Below, one piece after another: positions 1 through 8,445 of a DNA stretch of 64,000 bases. This DNA is from Dehalococcoidia bacterium (GTDB lineage: Bacteria > Chloroflexota > Dehalococcoidia > Lucifugimonadales > QGNO01). The stretch spans positions 90,621-154,620 of the forward strand of contig OZ240235.1 in assembly GCA_965197965.1 (NCBI GenBank), given 5' to 3'. The notes below the pieces were generated by a model. It searched no databases and was not told the origin of the DNA. It saw nothing but the letters and a program-made list of their open reading frames with translations. The translations under genes and the position numbers were made by a program. Within the stretch, counting starts at the first letter, position 1, and every line of letters begins with the position of its first letter.

Positions 1-1150
1 CCTTCTGCACCTCGGTGAACTTCTTGGTGATCTCGCCGTTGTAGAGGCCGATGTCGGAGTAGTAGAAGGGTCTGCGCAGAGCCATCTGGAGGCGGCGGAT
101 GAAGCCGTGGTCGCCCATCCAGTTGCTCATCAGGGCCTGAGGAATCTGAGACCTCTGGCCGCCCCAGTCGAAGGGTAGAGCCTGGCCGCGGTAGGCTGCC
201 ATTAGGGCGTCGCCGTGCTCGTCGGCGGCGCTCCAGGGCCAACGGGAGACGGGGTGGGTGTAGGCAAAGCCTCCGAATCCCTCATGCCGGATGTGCCGGC
301 GCATCCTGTGGCCGCCCTCAAAGTTATATCCGAACATTGGAGGGCCGTTACGCATGTGGAACATCGACGTCCAGTCCTGGTCTGTCCAGGGCGGGATGAT
401 GAAAGCGGGCAGCTGATCGCCCTCGTTGACGTCCTCCCAGTAGAGGACCTCCTTGCCCCTGGGCTTGGACTTCTCGATGAGGTCGAGTATCTCCTCCACC
501 TGCTCAGCGTTGAGCTTGGGTACGTTGCGCTCGTACATCATGCGCTCGCCCAGTCTCTCCACGGACATGGCCCTGCCGGTGCCCATCTCTTCACGTGGAA
601 CCATGATGAGGGTGCCATAGCACTTGCCGAGTAGGTCGCCGCGCATATCCCAGTAGTTGACGTCAGTGATGAAGAAGAAGAGGTTGCCGTGGGCACCCGG
701 CTTTTCGATGATCTCCTTGCCCACGGAGGAGGTCTTGAAGCTGGTGCCGACGCGCAGTACGTCGAAGAACTCCCAAGCGGTGCCGGAGTGGAAGTTGGCG
801 ATGGGCCAACCGCCGACGCGACGAGCGCCGTGCCACATGGCGTTTCTGGCCATGATGAGAGCGGTGCCCGGAGCGATGAGGCATCCGTAGGGGCCGTTCT
901 TGGCGTATTCGGAGTCGGTGTATAGGAGGTTGTCGTCGCCGATACTGGCGGCGTAGGCCTTGATCAAGGGTTCGGTGAGCACCCAGGGGCTCTTATAAGG
1001 CGGGCCTGAGGCGTCGTAGGGCTGAGTGGTGCCCGGGTAGAGGTACATATCGAGCGGGTATCCCTCCCCGATGACCTCTTTTTCCAGGTCTTCGTGGGAA
1101 AGCCGCCTGAACTCGTCGACTAGACTTTCAAAGGTCTCGCTGGTTGTCAT
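1..1150 (-). CDS. double hot-dog (MaoC-dehydratase-like) protein, paralog of 52236..53618; 3' end cut by window edge
   Basis: Absent from the ORF track because it is open at the window edge. Hand translation from ATG 1150-1148 (GGAGGAAAG upstream) gives MTTSETFESLVDEFRR...IGDDNLLYTDSEYAKNGPYGC...SNWMGDHGFIRRLQ with no stop down to position 1. About 60% identical by eye to ORF 52236..53618. The + strand ORFs 215..925 are its antisense. Confidence 0.65.
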   Translation of the reverse strand, partial: MTTSETFESLVDEFRRLSHEDLEKEVIGEGYPLDMYLYPGTTQPYDASGPPYKSPWVLTEPLIKAYAASIGDDNLLYTDSEYAKNGPYGCLIAPGTALIMARNAMWHGARRVGGWPIANFHSGTAWEFFDVLRVGTSFKTSSVGKEIIEKPGAHGNLFFFITDVNYWDMRGDLLGKCYGTLIMVPREEMGTGRAMSVERLGERMMYERNVPKLNAEQVEEILDLIEKSKPRGKEVLYWEDVNEGDQLPAFIIPPWTDQDWTSMFHMRNGPPMFGYNFEGGHRMRRHIRHEGFGGFAYTHPVSRWPWSAADEHGDALMAAYRGQALPFDWGGQRSQIPQALMSNWMGDHGFIRRLQMALRRPFYYSDIGLYNGEITKKFTEVQK

Positions 1151-1203
1151 GGTTTTCTTTCCTCCTCCAGTTGAGTGGATGATAAGCTTGGCGGGTCAAC
1201 GAG

Positions 1204-2313
1204 TCAAGAACGGCTGGGCGGCGCCCAGGCTTCTCCCGGTCGCCTGGGGTGCCGGTACATGTGTCCTGAGACTACCTCCGGGAACGGAACCGCCTCCAAT
1301 AGGGCGGACCCTTCCCTGTAAGCGTCGATAAGGGCGTCTTCCGCTTCATAGGCGAAGGGGTCGCCGATCTGCATTTCGTTCTCTCCCCCGGGCTCGGGCC
1401 TGTTCTCCAGCAGCCACTCGACGGAACAGGCAAGGGCGCTGCTCACCGGGACGACGTCGCTGTATCCCAGCAGGCTCTTGATCTTGGTGATGTCGTAATT
1501 GGCAACAGCTTCCACCGCGGGCGCCCCGCTGCCCCTGTACACTCTGCTTGCCAGCGCGGGCGGCATCTCCACGATCTCGCAGTCGCGGCCCATAAGGTTG
1601 ATGATGAACTCGACGATCTGACGCTGGGAGTACTGAGCGTCCTCCCTGACGTTGAAGATTTGTCCGGACGACTCCTCCGGCTTGTCGACACCGAGCAGAA
1701 GCGCGTGAGCGGCGTTCTTGCCGAAGGCGCGCCGGCGCGGCGCGGCGGTGCTGAGGACGACGACGTGCTTCCTACCGTCCAGCACCCGGCGCACTATGCT
1801 CCATTCGGGATTGGCGGGAGCGTTGGGCCCGTATATCTGGGGGTATCTGAAGATGGCGGCGCTGTAGAAGCCGTCCTGGTGAGCCTGCATGACCGTCTGC
1901 TCCGTAACCCACATCATGTAGGAGAGACGCGGCCCGTCGGGGTCCTGGCTCAGCGGGCTGTCCTCCGTCACCATTGGCGGGGAGCCGAGAGGGCCCCATC
2001 GGTCGTCGTTGCTGCGGGCGTAGACTCCGCCGCCGCCCACTGTGATCAGGCGCTGGGTCTTGCCCTTGAGCACGTCGGCTACAATACGGATTCTGCCATA
2101 GGTGGCGACCGCAAGGTCGAAGGTGCGGTCCGCCAGGCCCTCTTCCAGCGTCTCCTTGAAGTGGGGGTCGGCGTGAATGTGCTCAACGTCCGCGTCGAAT
2201 TCGGCCTCGTGCTGTCCTCCGTGCAGGACGGCAACCTGATATTGGCGCTCCAGGAGGCCGTTGACGAGGTGAGGGCCGGATGGGCCGGTCCCTCCGATGA
2301 CTAGGGCTTTCAT
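1204..2313 (-). CDS. NAD-dependent epimerase/dehydratase family (extended SDR) protein
   Basis: MKALVIGGTGPSGPHL Rossmann GxxGxxG N-terminus. Start moved from 2439 to ATG 2313, because the upstream 42 codons run through a TTGCC-repeat non-coding region. Confidence 0.7.
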   Translation of the reverse strand: MKALVIGGTGPSGPHLVNGLLERQYQVAVLHGGQHEAEFDADVEHIHADPHFKETLEEGLADRTFDLAVATYGRIRIVADVLKGKTQRLITVGGGGVYARSNDDRWGPLGSPPMVTEDSPLSQDPDGPRLSYMMWVTEQTVMQAHQDGFYSAAIFRYPQIYGPNAPANPEWSIVRRVLDGRKHVVVLSTAAPRRRAFGKNAAHALLLGVDKPEESSGQIFNVREDAQYSQRQIVEFIINLMGRDCEIVEMPPALASRVYRGSGAPAVEAVANYDITKIKSLLGYSDVVPVSSALACSVEWLLENRPEPGGENEMQIGDPFAYEAEDALIDAYREGSALLEAVPFPEVVSGHMYRHPRRPGEAWAPPSRS

Positions 2314-2513
2314 GCGCGTCTCCCGATGGGTTTGGGTGGAGGGTATCACTGACGGCTGTTGGGGGCAAACGGGCAAACAGGCAAGCGGGGATATGTGATA
2401 TGCTGGCAGCATGCGCAAGCTCAAGACCATATGGAACATGGTGGTTGCCTAAGAGATCATTAGTGAATTCTTAGACAAGATATCTCCTAGGCCCAAAGGG
2501 AGGGTAACTGCTA

Positions 2514-2729
2514 ATGACTTACACTGTGTACGAGAACTACCCCAACAATAAGGCCATAGTCCACAAGTCCTCCTGTAGCTACGTAAAAATGCACGGAGGC
2601 GTGAACCGCAAGACGCCCCCAACGGGTCGATACTATGAGAATATCGGTACTTTAACGGAAGCCTGGAGAAGGGCACCCGCTACAGGGAGACGAGATGTCC
2701 GCTCGTGCAAGATATGTTCCCCCGTTTAA
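2514..2729 (+). CDS. small hypothetical protein (71 aa, Cys near both ends)
   Basis: ATG preceded by GGGAGGG 8 nt upstream. MTYTVYENYPNNKAIVHKSSCSYV...SCKICSPV. No family recognised. Confidence 0.4.
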   Translation: MTYTVYENYPNNKAIVHKSSCSYVKMHGGVNRKTPPTGRYYENIGTLTEAWRRAPATGRRDVRSCKICSPV

Positions 2730-2749
2730 TGCTTAGCGGCGGCGGGCAC

Positions 2750-3655
2750 CTACCTCCGCCAGAGCCAGAGGCGCTTGGCGGGTTTGAGGTTGTCGCTGAG
2801 CATGGCGACTATGGCGGGATTGCCCGCCAGCAGGCTGGCCCTCCACTTGGCGAGGTCTCCATCCATGGAGTGACCTTCCTCCCTGCGGCCGGGGAGCGCT
2901 TCGAGCGGCAGCCATCGATTCGATGTTCTTGCCATTACCTCGCCGCCAGCCTCTCGCACAATTGCTACTCCCGCGGCGACGTCCCATGCGTGCGGCGCGG
3001 CGAAAGCGGCGTACTGCATGACCCCGGAGGCTACCAGCGCCATCTCATAAGCGACGCTGCCGATGTTGCGCAGCTCGCCGAACCGTCTCAACTCCTTGCC
3101 TATTCTGTATCGCCTACGTAAAGAGGCGGGGAGGGAGACGAGGCCGTTGGGCGTCGGCTTGGCCTTATCGTAGACCCGGATGGGGGTGTCGTTAACGAAT
3201 GCGCCACCTCCGCAGCGGGCATGATAGACCTGGCCGGCGGACGCGGTTGGCGATGGGATGTAGATAGCCCCTGCGATTGGTTTGCCCTGGTGAAGCACGC
3301 CAATGGATGAAGCAAAGACGGGCAATCCGTTGACGAAGTTGGTGGTGCCGTCCAGCGGGTCTATTACCCAAACGAAAGCTCGGTCCAGGTCTTCTGCCGG
3401 TGGGGTCTCTTCGGAGAGGATGCCGTGGTCGGGGAAGCGGCTGCGGATCCCACCGACGATGATCTGCTCGGCGGCTTTGTCGGCGTCACTGACGGGGCTT
3501 CTTGACCCTTCAGACTTGTACTCAACCTTAATGTCACGTTGGAAGTAGTCCAGAAGCAACTCGCCGGCGCTTGCGGCCAGTGAGACGGCGTGTTCTTCTA
3601 TAGAGGATAGGAGGCCGGGGTCTATTTCAGATGGACGGGTATCCGTGCCTGACAT
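2750..3655 (-). CDS. inositol monophosphatase family protein
   Basis: WVIDPLDGTTNF and AWDVAAG motifs typical of the IMPase/SuhB family. Confidence 0.85.
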   Translation of the reverse strand: MSGTDTRPSEIDPGLLSSIEEHAVSLAASAGELLLDYFQRDIKVEYKSEGSRSPVSDADKAAEQIIVGGIRSRFPDHGILSEETPPAEDLDRAFVWVIDPLDGTTNFVNGLPVFASSIGVLHQGKPIAGAIYIPSPTASAGQVYHARCGGGAFVNDTPIRVYDKAKPTPNGLVSLPASLRRRYRIGKELRRFGELRNIGSVAYEMALVASGVMQYAAFAAPHAWDVAAGVAIVREAGGEVMARTSNRWLPLEALPGRREEGHSMDGDLAKWRASLLAGNPAIVAMLSDNLKPAKRLWLWRR

Positions 3656-3742
3656 CCTACGAGGCCGTGTAGCCCGACTCCGGGTAGCCGGCTTTGACGT
3701 GGGCGCTGATACCGCCGCGGTCGTTGTACCAGGCTTCCACGG

Positions 3743-4666
3743 TCATCTCGTTGTCTCAGGCGTAGCCTCTTCCCGTAGTTGTTTGGGCAGCACGAACGTG
3801 AAGTTCTCATCCGCTATGGACGCTACGCGAACGTTCTTGGGCTTCAGTCTATCCACTACGGCTTCCACCAGCCATTCCGGCGTTGAAGCGCCGGAAGTAA
3901 TACCCACGCTTTGCATGCCTTCCAGCCAGGCATCGTCTATGTCGTCGGGGCTATCGATGAGATAGGCCGGTCTACCGGCGGCTTCGGCAGTTTCCCTCAA
4001 CCGGTTGCTGTTGGAGCTGTTCTGTGCTCCTACAACCAGGACCAGTCCAACATCGGGCGATATGGCCTTGAGGGCGTTCTGCCTGTTGGTAGTGGCGTAG
4101 CAGATGTCGTTGCGAGTTAACAGGACGGGAAATCTCTCTTTGAGAACGGCTATGACCTCTGCCGTGTCGTCCATGCTCAGAGTGGTCTGAGTTAGAGCCA
4201 CCACCCTGTCGGGGTTTTCAACCTGTACCTTGGCCGCCTCTTCAGCGGTTTCTATGAGGATAGTGCTTTCGGGGGCTTGGCCCAACGTGCCATCGATTTC
4301 GACGTGTCCTCGGTGACCTATGAGGATTATGGTATAGCCTTCACGCGCGTACTTCTGGGCTTCCAGATGGACCTTGGTGACCAGCGGGCAGGTGGCGTCT
4401 ATGATGTTCAATCCCCTGTCCTGGGCCTGCTGCCAGACGGTAGGGGAAACGCCGTGCGCTGAAAAGACCACGACGCTGCCCTCTGGGATATCGTCGACGT
4501 CTTCCACGAAGATGGCCCCTTTGTCCCGCAAATCGTCCACGACGTGAGAGTTGTGCACGATCTCGTGTCGAACGTAAACGGGGGGCTGGAAACGCTCCAA
4601 GCATAGTTCTACCACGTCAATGGCGCGAACCACACCTGCACAAAACCCTCTGGGTGAGCTGAGCAA
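3743..4666 (-). CDS. ispH: 4-hydroxy-3-methylbut-2-enyl diphosphate reductase
   Basis: N-terminal SPRGFCAGVVRAIDVVE, HEIVHN and TCPLVTKVH motifs of IspH/LytB. TTG start as given in the track; the true start is uncertain. Confidence 0.9.
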   Translation of the reverse strand: MLSSPRGFCAGVVRAIDVVELCLERFQPPVYVRHEIVHNSHVVDDLRDKGAIFVEDVDDIPEGSVVVFSAHGVSPTVWQQAQDRGLNIIDATCPLVTKVHLEAQKYAREGYTIILIGHRGHVEIDGTLGQAPESTILIETAEEAAKVQVENPDRVVALTQTTLSMDDTAEVIAVLKERFPVLLTRNDICYATTNRQNALKAISPDVGLVLVVGAQNSSNSNRLRETAEAAGRPAYLIDSPDDIDDAWLEGMQSVGITSGASTPEWLVEAVVDRLKPKNVRVASIADENFTFVLPKQLREEATPETTR

Positions 4667-4805
4667 GACTTCTATGATCGGCCTCTCTCTCGCTGTTCAG
4701 AGCGCCGGCGTTGCGTCAACTACCTGGTTCACAGGGTGGACGGCAAACTCCGTTGGAGGCTAGCATTGAGCTTGCCTCAGTGTCAAGCTTTTGTGCTGGT
4801 TCAGG

Positions 4806-4840
4806 GGCTTTGTATCAAAAACCATTTTTAATACAAAGCC
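4806..4840. promoter_or_regulatory. 35-bp AT-rich palindrome in the ispH / 4993 divergent intergenic region
   Basis: GGCTTTGTAT-CAAAAACCATTTTTA-ATACAAAGCC. The outer 10 bp are perfectly self-complementary, and the inner A5/T5 tracts extend the pairing with one mismatch. Confidence 0.5.
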
Positions 4841-4992
4841 GTCGGACTCATTGGGAAGTGCAGAATTCTCCCCGTTGTGGATTAGGGGACCCTGATGTGA
4901 TGACATCCCCTCTGGCGTATGCGAGAATTTCCGGTAGGTCAACTCCGGTGTAGGTCAACGCTACCGACCGAACCGGCCGAAGGAGGAATGAG

Positions 4993-5235
4993 ATGGCAAG
5001 ACCGAAAAGCAGCAGCCGCCTCCTATTGTGGATCGGCGGAGTCATCCTGGCCGCCGGAGCGGTGATCATCGGAGGGTTCTGGGTGTACGGGATCACGACC
5101 GCCGAGGACATGCCGCTCCTGCTAATGGTGGTCCTCCTCGGCGTTCCGGTCGGGTTGGCCGTCCTGCTGATAGCCGCGATACGAGACAGAATCGTTAACA
5201 AGAAGAAAGAGAACTTTTTGGAGGTCGACCATTGA
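4993..5235 (+). CDS. small membrane protein (two predicted TM helices)
   Basis: GAAGGAGG RBS upstream of the ATG. Hydrophobic stretches LLLWIGGVILAAGAVIIGGFWVYGI and LLLMVVLLGVPVGLAVLLIAAI. Stop overlaps the start of the YbjQ gene. Confidence 0.6.
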   Translation: MARPKSSSRLLLWIGGVILAAGAVIIGGFWVYGITTAEDMPLLLMVVLLGVPVGLAVLLIAAIRDRIVNKKKENFLEVDH

Positions 5236-5546
5236 TCATAACAACGACCGACACGATACCGGGCGCCACAATCGTTGAGACGCTTGGACTGGTGCGTGGC
5301 AGCACAGTGCGCGCCCGTCACATTGGACGAGACATCATGGCAGGGCTCCGTAACATCGTCGGCGGCGAGGTCGGCGAGTACACCAAGCTGTTGGCGGAGG
5401 CCCGCGAGGAATCGCTTCAACGCATGATAGAGAGCGCCGAGGGCATCGGCGGCAACGCCATTGTCGGCATGAGGTTCATCACTGCGGGCGTGGCGCAGGG
5501 CTCAGCGGAGATTGTCGCCTACGGCACGGCTGTCAAAGTAGGCTAG
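5232..5546 (+). CDS. YbjQ/UPF0145 family (heavy-metal-binding-domain-like) protein
   Basis: IITTTDTIPGATIVETLGLVRG...GGNAIVGMRF...VAYGTAV is the typical YbjQ pattern. TTG start overlaps the TGA of the upstream ORF. Confidence 0.75.
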   Translation: MIITTTDTIPGATIVETLGLVRGSTVRARHIGRDIMAGLRNIVGGEVGEYTKLLAEAREESLQRMIESAEGIGGNAIVGMRFITAGVAQGSAEIVAYGTAVKVG

Positions 5547-5632
5547 GTTTGTTTGTCTCGTACTAGCTAGGCAGCCATTGCGCAATCTATGCTGCTGCTG
5601 GCATACGGGCAGCAGGGGCAGGAGAGGCGCGG

Positions 5633-5736
5633 CTAGGAGACGCCCTGCCGCGACAGGTAATCGTGGAGGCGTTCCAGGGTTTTGCGGTTCTCTTAGAGAG
5701 AGAATCCGTCCACGGCGTAGGCGCGTTCTACCTTGA
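5633..5736 (-). pseudogene. dead duplicate of the last ~34 codons of the DUF4392 gene (6576..7427)
   Basis: Reads VKVERAYAVDGFSL*ENRKTLERLHDYLSRQGVS*. The live end reads FKVERTYAVDGFPLEENRKTLERLHDYLTQQGIS*. The relic carries an in-frame stop and has no upstream ORF. Confidence 0.8.
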
Positions 5737-5796
5737 CACTGATGCAGCTTTAACCTAGTCTGATGGCTAGTCAGCACAATGAATAAAGAGGTTAGC

Positions 5797-6057
5797 ATGA
5801 GCAAGAGATGGCCGGTCCAGGATGCCAAATCGAGGTTTAGCGAGCTTCTAGACACCACCCTCACGGAAGGGCCACAGATTGTAACCAAGCGAGGTGTGGA
5901 AGCCGCCGTCCTCCTTCCCATTGAGCAGTGGCGGAGGCTGGAGCGGATGACGAGACCGGATCTGAAAGAGTTGCTGCTTGCCCCTGAGGCGCGAACCGAG
6001 GCTCTTACGTCGCCGCGCCAGCAGCGCCGTCGTCGACCACCTGTAGTGGTGGAGTAG
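5797..6057 (+). CDS. vapB: type II antitoxin, Phd/YefM-like (partner of VapC)
   Basis: MSKRWPVQDAKSRFSELLD...GPQIVTKRGVEAAVLLPIEQW is the Phd/YefM pattern. ATG 5797 has an AAGAGG RBS; the track start 5779 is less likely. Confidence 0.8.
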   Translation: MSKRWPVQDAKSRFSELLDTTLTEGPQIVTKRGVEAAVLLPIEQWRRLERMTRPDLKELLLAPEARTEALTSPRQQRRRRPPVVVE

Positions 6058-6060
6058 CCC

Positions 6061-6468
6061 ATGTACCTCTTAGACACCAACGTGGTTTCGGAGCTGCGTC
6101 GCCTCCGTCCGCATGGCGCAGTTCTGGATTGGATTGCAGACGTGCCGGCGGAGCAGCTGTTTGTGTCTGCCGTTACGGTTGGCGAGATACAGGCGGGGAT
6201 CGAGATCACCCGTGAGCAGGATGAAGCCAAGGCTGAGGAGTTGGGAGCGTGGCTGGACAATGTCCTGGCTTCCTACGGCATACTTCCAATGGATGCGCTC
6301 TCCTTCAGAGAGTGGGCGCGGCTGATGCACAGGAGATCAGGCGCTATGACCGAAGACGCCATGATAGCGGCGACAGCCATGGTTCATAGGTTGACGGTGG
6401 TCACTAGAAACGTGGCCGACTTTAGCGACCTTGGTGTTGACTATGTGAATCCGTTTGAAAGTGGATAG
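6061..6468 (+). CDS. vapC: PIN-domain toxin VapC
   Basis: MYLLDTNVVSELRR start and TRNVADF near the C-terminus. Lies 3 nt after the antitoxin stop. Confidence 0.85.
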   Translation: MYLLDTNVVSELRRLRPHGAVLDWIADVPAEQLFVSAVTVGEIQAGIEITREQDEAKAEELGAWLDNVLASYGILPMDALSFREWARLMHRRSGAMTEDAMIAATAMVHRLTVVTRNVADFSDLGVDYVNPFESG

Positions 6469-6504
6469 GCAGGGGGCTGGTTCAAGACCCCGCCGCCGCT
6501 CATG

Positions 6505-6563
6505 CCCTTCGACTATGCTCAGGATGAGCGGCCCCCTGGATGCCCGTTGCCACTGGCATGACG
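6505..6563. repeat. REP-like doublet (CCCTTCGACTATGCTCAGG unit plus GGATGC-hairpin-GCATGACG unit)
   Basis: GGATGCCCGTTGCCACTGGCATGACG at 6538-6563. Same architecture as the units elsewhere in the window. Confidence 0.7.
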
Positions 6564-6575
6564 AAAGAGGTGTGG

Positions 6576-7427
6576 CTAGGAGATGCCCTGCTGCGTCAAG
6601 TAATCGTGGAGGCGTTCCAGGGTTTTCCGATTCTCTTCCAGGGGAAATCCGTCCACGGCGTAGGTGCGTTCTACCTTGAACCCGTCCACTGCGCCCACGT
6701 CGACCATCTGCTTGACGACCTCTTCTTCTTCCTCCGGCGAGGGCAACAGGTTCTGTTTTGCCTGCAGGGAGAGGCCCGCTATGAGACCGGAAGCGCCCCA
6801 GTTGGAGACGCTGGCCAGGATCAGCTTGTCGGTGGGGACTATGGTGGGCTGCGGGGGCAGAGTATCGATGGTGGGGATTTGTTCGGCCAGCTTGCCCATG
6901 CCTATCTCGTTGCCGCCGTCTCCAATGCCCACGGTGGCGTTGTGGTCGAGCACAAGATAGTCCACCCTGGCGTTGTACTCCGTGATATCGACGCCACGCA
7001 TGTTCAGATATTCGCCCTTCTGAGTCAGGCCGCAGCGCTCGGTGGATATGACGACCGAGGGCTTCAAGTCGCCCAGGAGCTCCCGGGCAAACTTCCGGCT
7101 GGAGTCTTCGTCCGTAACGGGGAATTCGACCACTTCGCCCACGTCTGAAAGGCAGTTGTAAAGAGACGAACTGAACTCGTCGGTGACGTGTGTGACGTCG
7201 TAGCCCAACTGTTGCAGCGCTTTGCCGATGAAGTAAGCGCCGGGGGGGCCATCGGTCTCCGAGGCCATGGCTCCTACTATGAAGAAGCCGCTGATGACGA
7301 AGGCGCGTCCCGGGTTGCGGAGGACCAGATGCGCCGCGTCTTCGCAGTAGTCTTCCGGTAGGTATCCACGCAGCTTGGATATGCCTCTCTGGTCGCGGTC
7401 AAGGATGATGTCTTCTATAGCGGACAC
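6576..7427 (-). CDS. DUF4392 protein (N-terminal-domain homolog of D-glutamate cyclase)
   Basis: ETDGPPGA, VISTERCG and GIGDGGNEIGMG motifs, which I associate with DUF4392. Adjacent to a DUF1445 gene. Confidence 0.6.
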   Translation of the reverse strand: MSAIEDIILDRDQRGISKLRGYLPEDYCEDAAHLVLRNPGRAFVISGFFIVGAMASETDGPPGAYFIGKALQQLGYDVTHVTDEFSSSLYNCLSDVGEVVEFPVTDEDSSRKFARELLGDLKPSVVISTERCGLTQKGEYLNMRGVDITEYNARVDYLVLDHNATVGIGDGGNEIGMGKLAEQIPTIDTLPPQPTIVPTDKLILASVSNWGASGLIAGLSLQAKQNLLPSPEEEEEVVKQMVDVGAVDGFKVERTYAVDGFPLEENRKTLERLHDYLTQQGIS

Positions 7428-7463
7428 GGTTGCCTCCCAATTTGCGGTTCGGTACTTATCTAA

Positions 7464-8270
7464 TCAGAGAACGGCCAGGTCTTCGTCGCGGACGTCCGTG
7501 ATGAACATGTGCCCCGGCGAGTGGGTAATCATGAATGGCGGCTTGGACTGCATAGCCACGGCCTGAGGGGTGACGCCGCATGCCCAGAAAACGGGCACCT
7601 CCCCCGGATGGAAGGGGACAACGTCGCCGTAGTCCGGCTTCTGTAGGTCATCGATGCCTATAGATGCCGGGTCGCCGACGTGGAGAGGCGCGCCGTGGGT
7701 GTTGGGAAAGCGGGACGTGACCTGCACGGCCTTCACTATCTTTTCACGGCCAATGGGGCGCATGGACACCACCGTGGGACCGGCGAACTGGCCCGCGGGC
7801 ACTGTCGGCATGTTGGTGATGTACATGGACACGTTGCTGTTCTCTTCTATGTGCCGCATGGGGATTCCCGCCGCCAGCAGCGCCGTTTCGAAGGTGAAGC
7901 TGCAGCCGATGAGGAAAGAGACGAGGTCGTCTCGCCAGACGTCCAGAACATCCGCCGTTTCCTGTTCCAGCACGCCGTCCCTGTAGACGCGGTACTTTGG
8001 CAGGTCGGTGCGGATGTCTGCGCCGGGTGCGGTAATTGATGGCTCCACGCTGCCGGACTCCACGACTTCTATGAGAGGACAGGGCTTGGGGTTGCGCTGG
8101 CAGAATAGCAGGAAGTCGAAAGCCTGGGCCTCGGGCAGGATGACAAGGTTGGCCTGGACGTAGCCGGGCGCGAGTCCCGCCGTTACGGTGTCGTATTCGC
8201 CGTTGCGGATGATGCTGCGCAATGCAGCGGGAGAAGAAGGAAGTGTACTGATTGCCATGAGTACCCCCAT
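7464..8270 (-). CDS. putative hydro-lyase, DUF1445/UPF0317 (D-glutamate cyclase family)
   Basis: [15 protein letters not shown]...[14 protein letters not shown]...PMRHIEE...MFITD pattern of UPF0317. The start may instead be the internal ATG at 8258 (MAIST). Confidence 0.7.
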   Translation of the reverse strand: MGVLMAISTLPSSPAALRSIIRNGEYDTVTAGLAPGYVQANLVILPEAQAFDFLLFCQRNPKPCPLIEVVESGSVEPSITAPGADIRTDLPKYRVYRDGVLEQETADVLDVWRDDLVSFLIGCSFTFETALLAAGIPMRHIEENSNVSMYITNMPTVPAGQFAGPTVVSMRPIGREKIVKAVQVTSRFPNTHGAPLHVGDPASIGIDDLQKPDYGDVVPFHPGEVPVFWACGVTPQAVAMQSKPPFMITHSPGHMFITDVRDEDLAVL

Positions 8271-8348
8271 GCGCTAGTTGTAGGAGGATTCTAGCAGTGG
8301 CAGGGCAGGCGGGCAAGCGGCGTGGGGGAGGGCAGGTAGGCAAGGTGG

Positions 8349-8396
8349 GCATACAGGCATACAGGCATACAGGCATACAGGCATACAGGCATAAGG
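8349..8396. repeat. tandem octamer GCATACAG x5 plus one degenerate copy
   Basis: Perfect copies at 8349, 8357, 8365, 8373 and 8381, then GCATAAGG at 8389. Lies in the divergent intergenic region between 8270 (-) and 8446 (+). Confidence 0.95.
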
Positions 8397-8445
8397 ACAT
8401 ATTGCTGTGACTGACAGCCGCCGCATCGTGGGGTACAATCCGGCT

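Noticed and set aside
215-925. Several + strand ORFs at the left edge (215..634, 657..890, 689..925)
   Set aside because: They are antisense to the edge-truncated hot-dog paralog, which translates cleanly and matches 52236..53618. The homologous antisense ORF 52665..952949-type artefact (52665..52949) appears opposite the paralog too.
4848-5420. 190-aa minus-strand ORF
   Set aside because: It overlaps the + strand membrane-protein/YbjQ pair, which has an RBS, start-stop coupling and a family match.
5502-6260. 252-aa minus-strand ORF across the vapBC region
   Set aside because: It overlaps the motif-supported Phd/VapC pair and the YbjQ 3' end. Ser/Arg-rich, no RBS and no recognisable domain.
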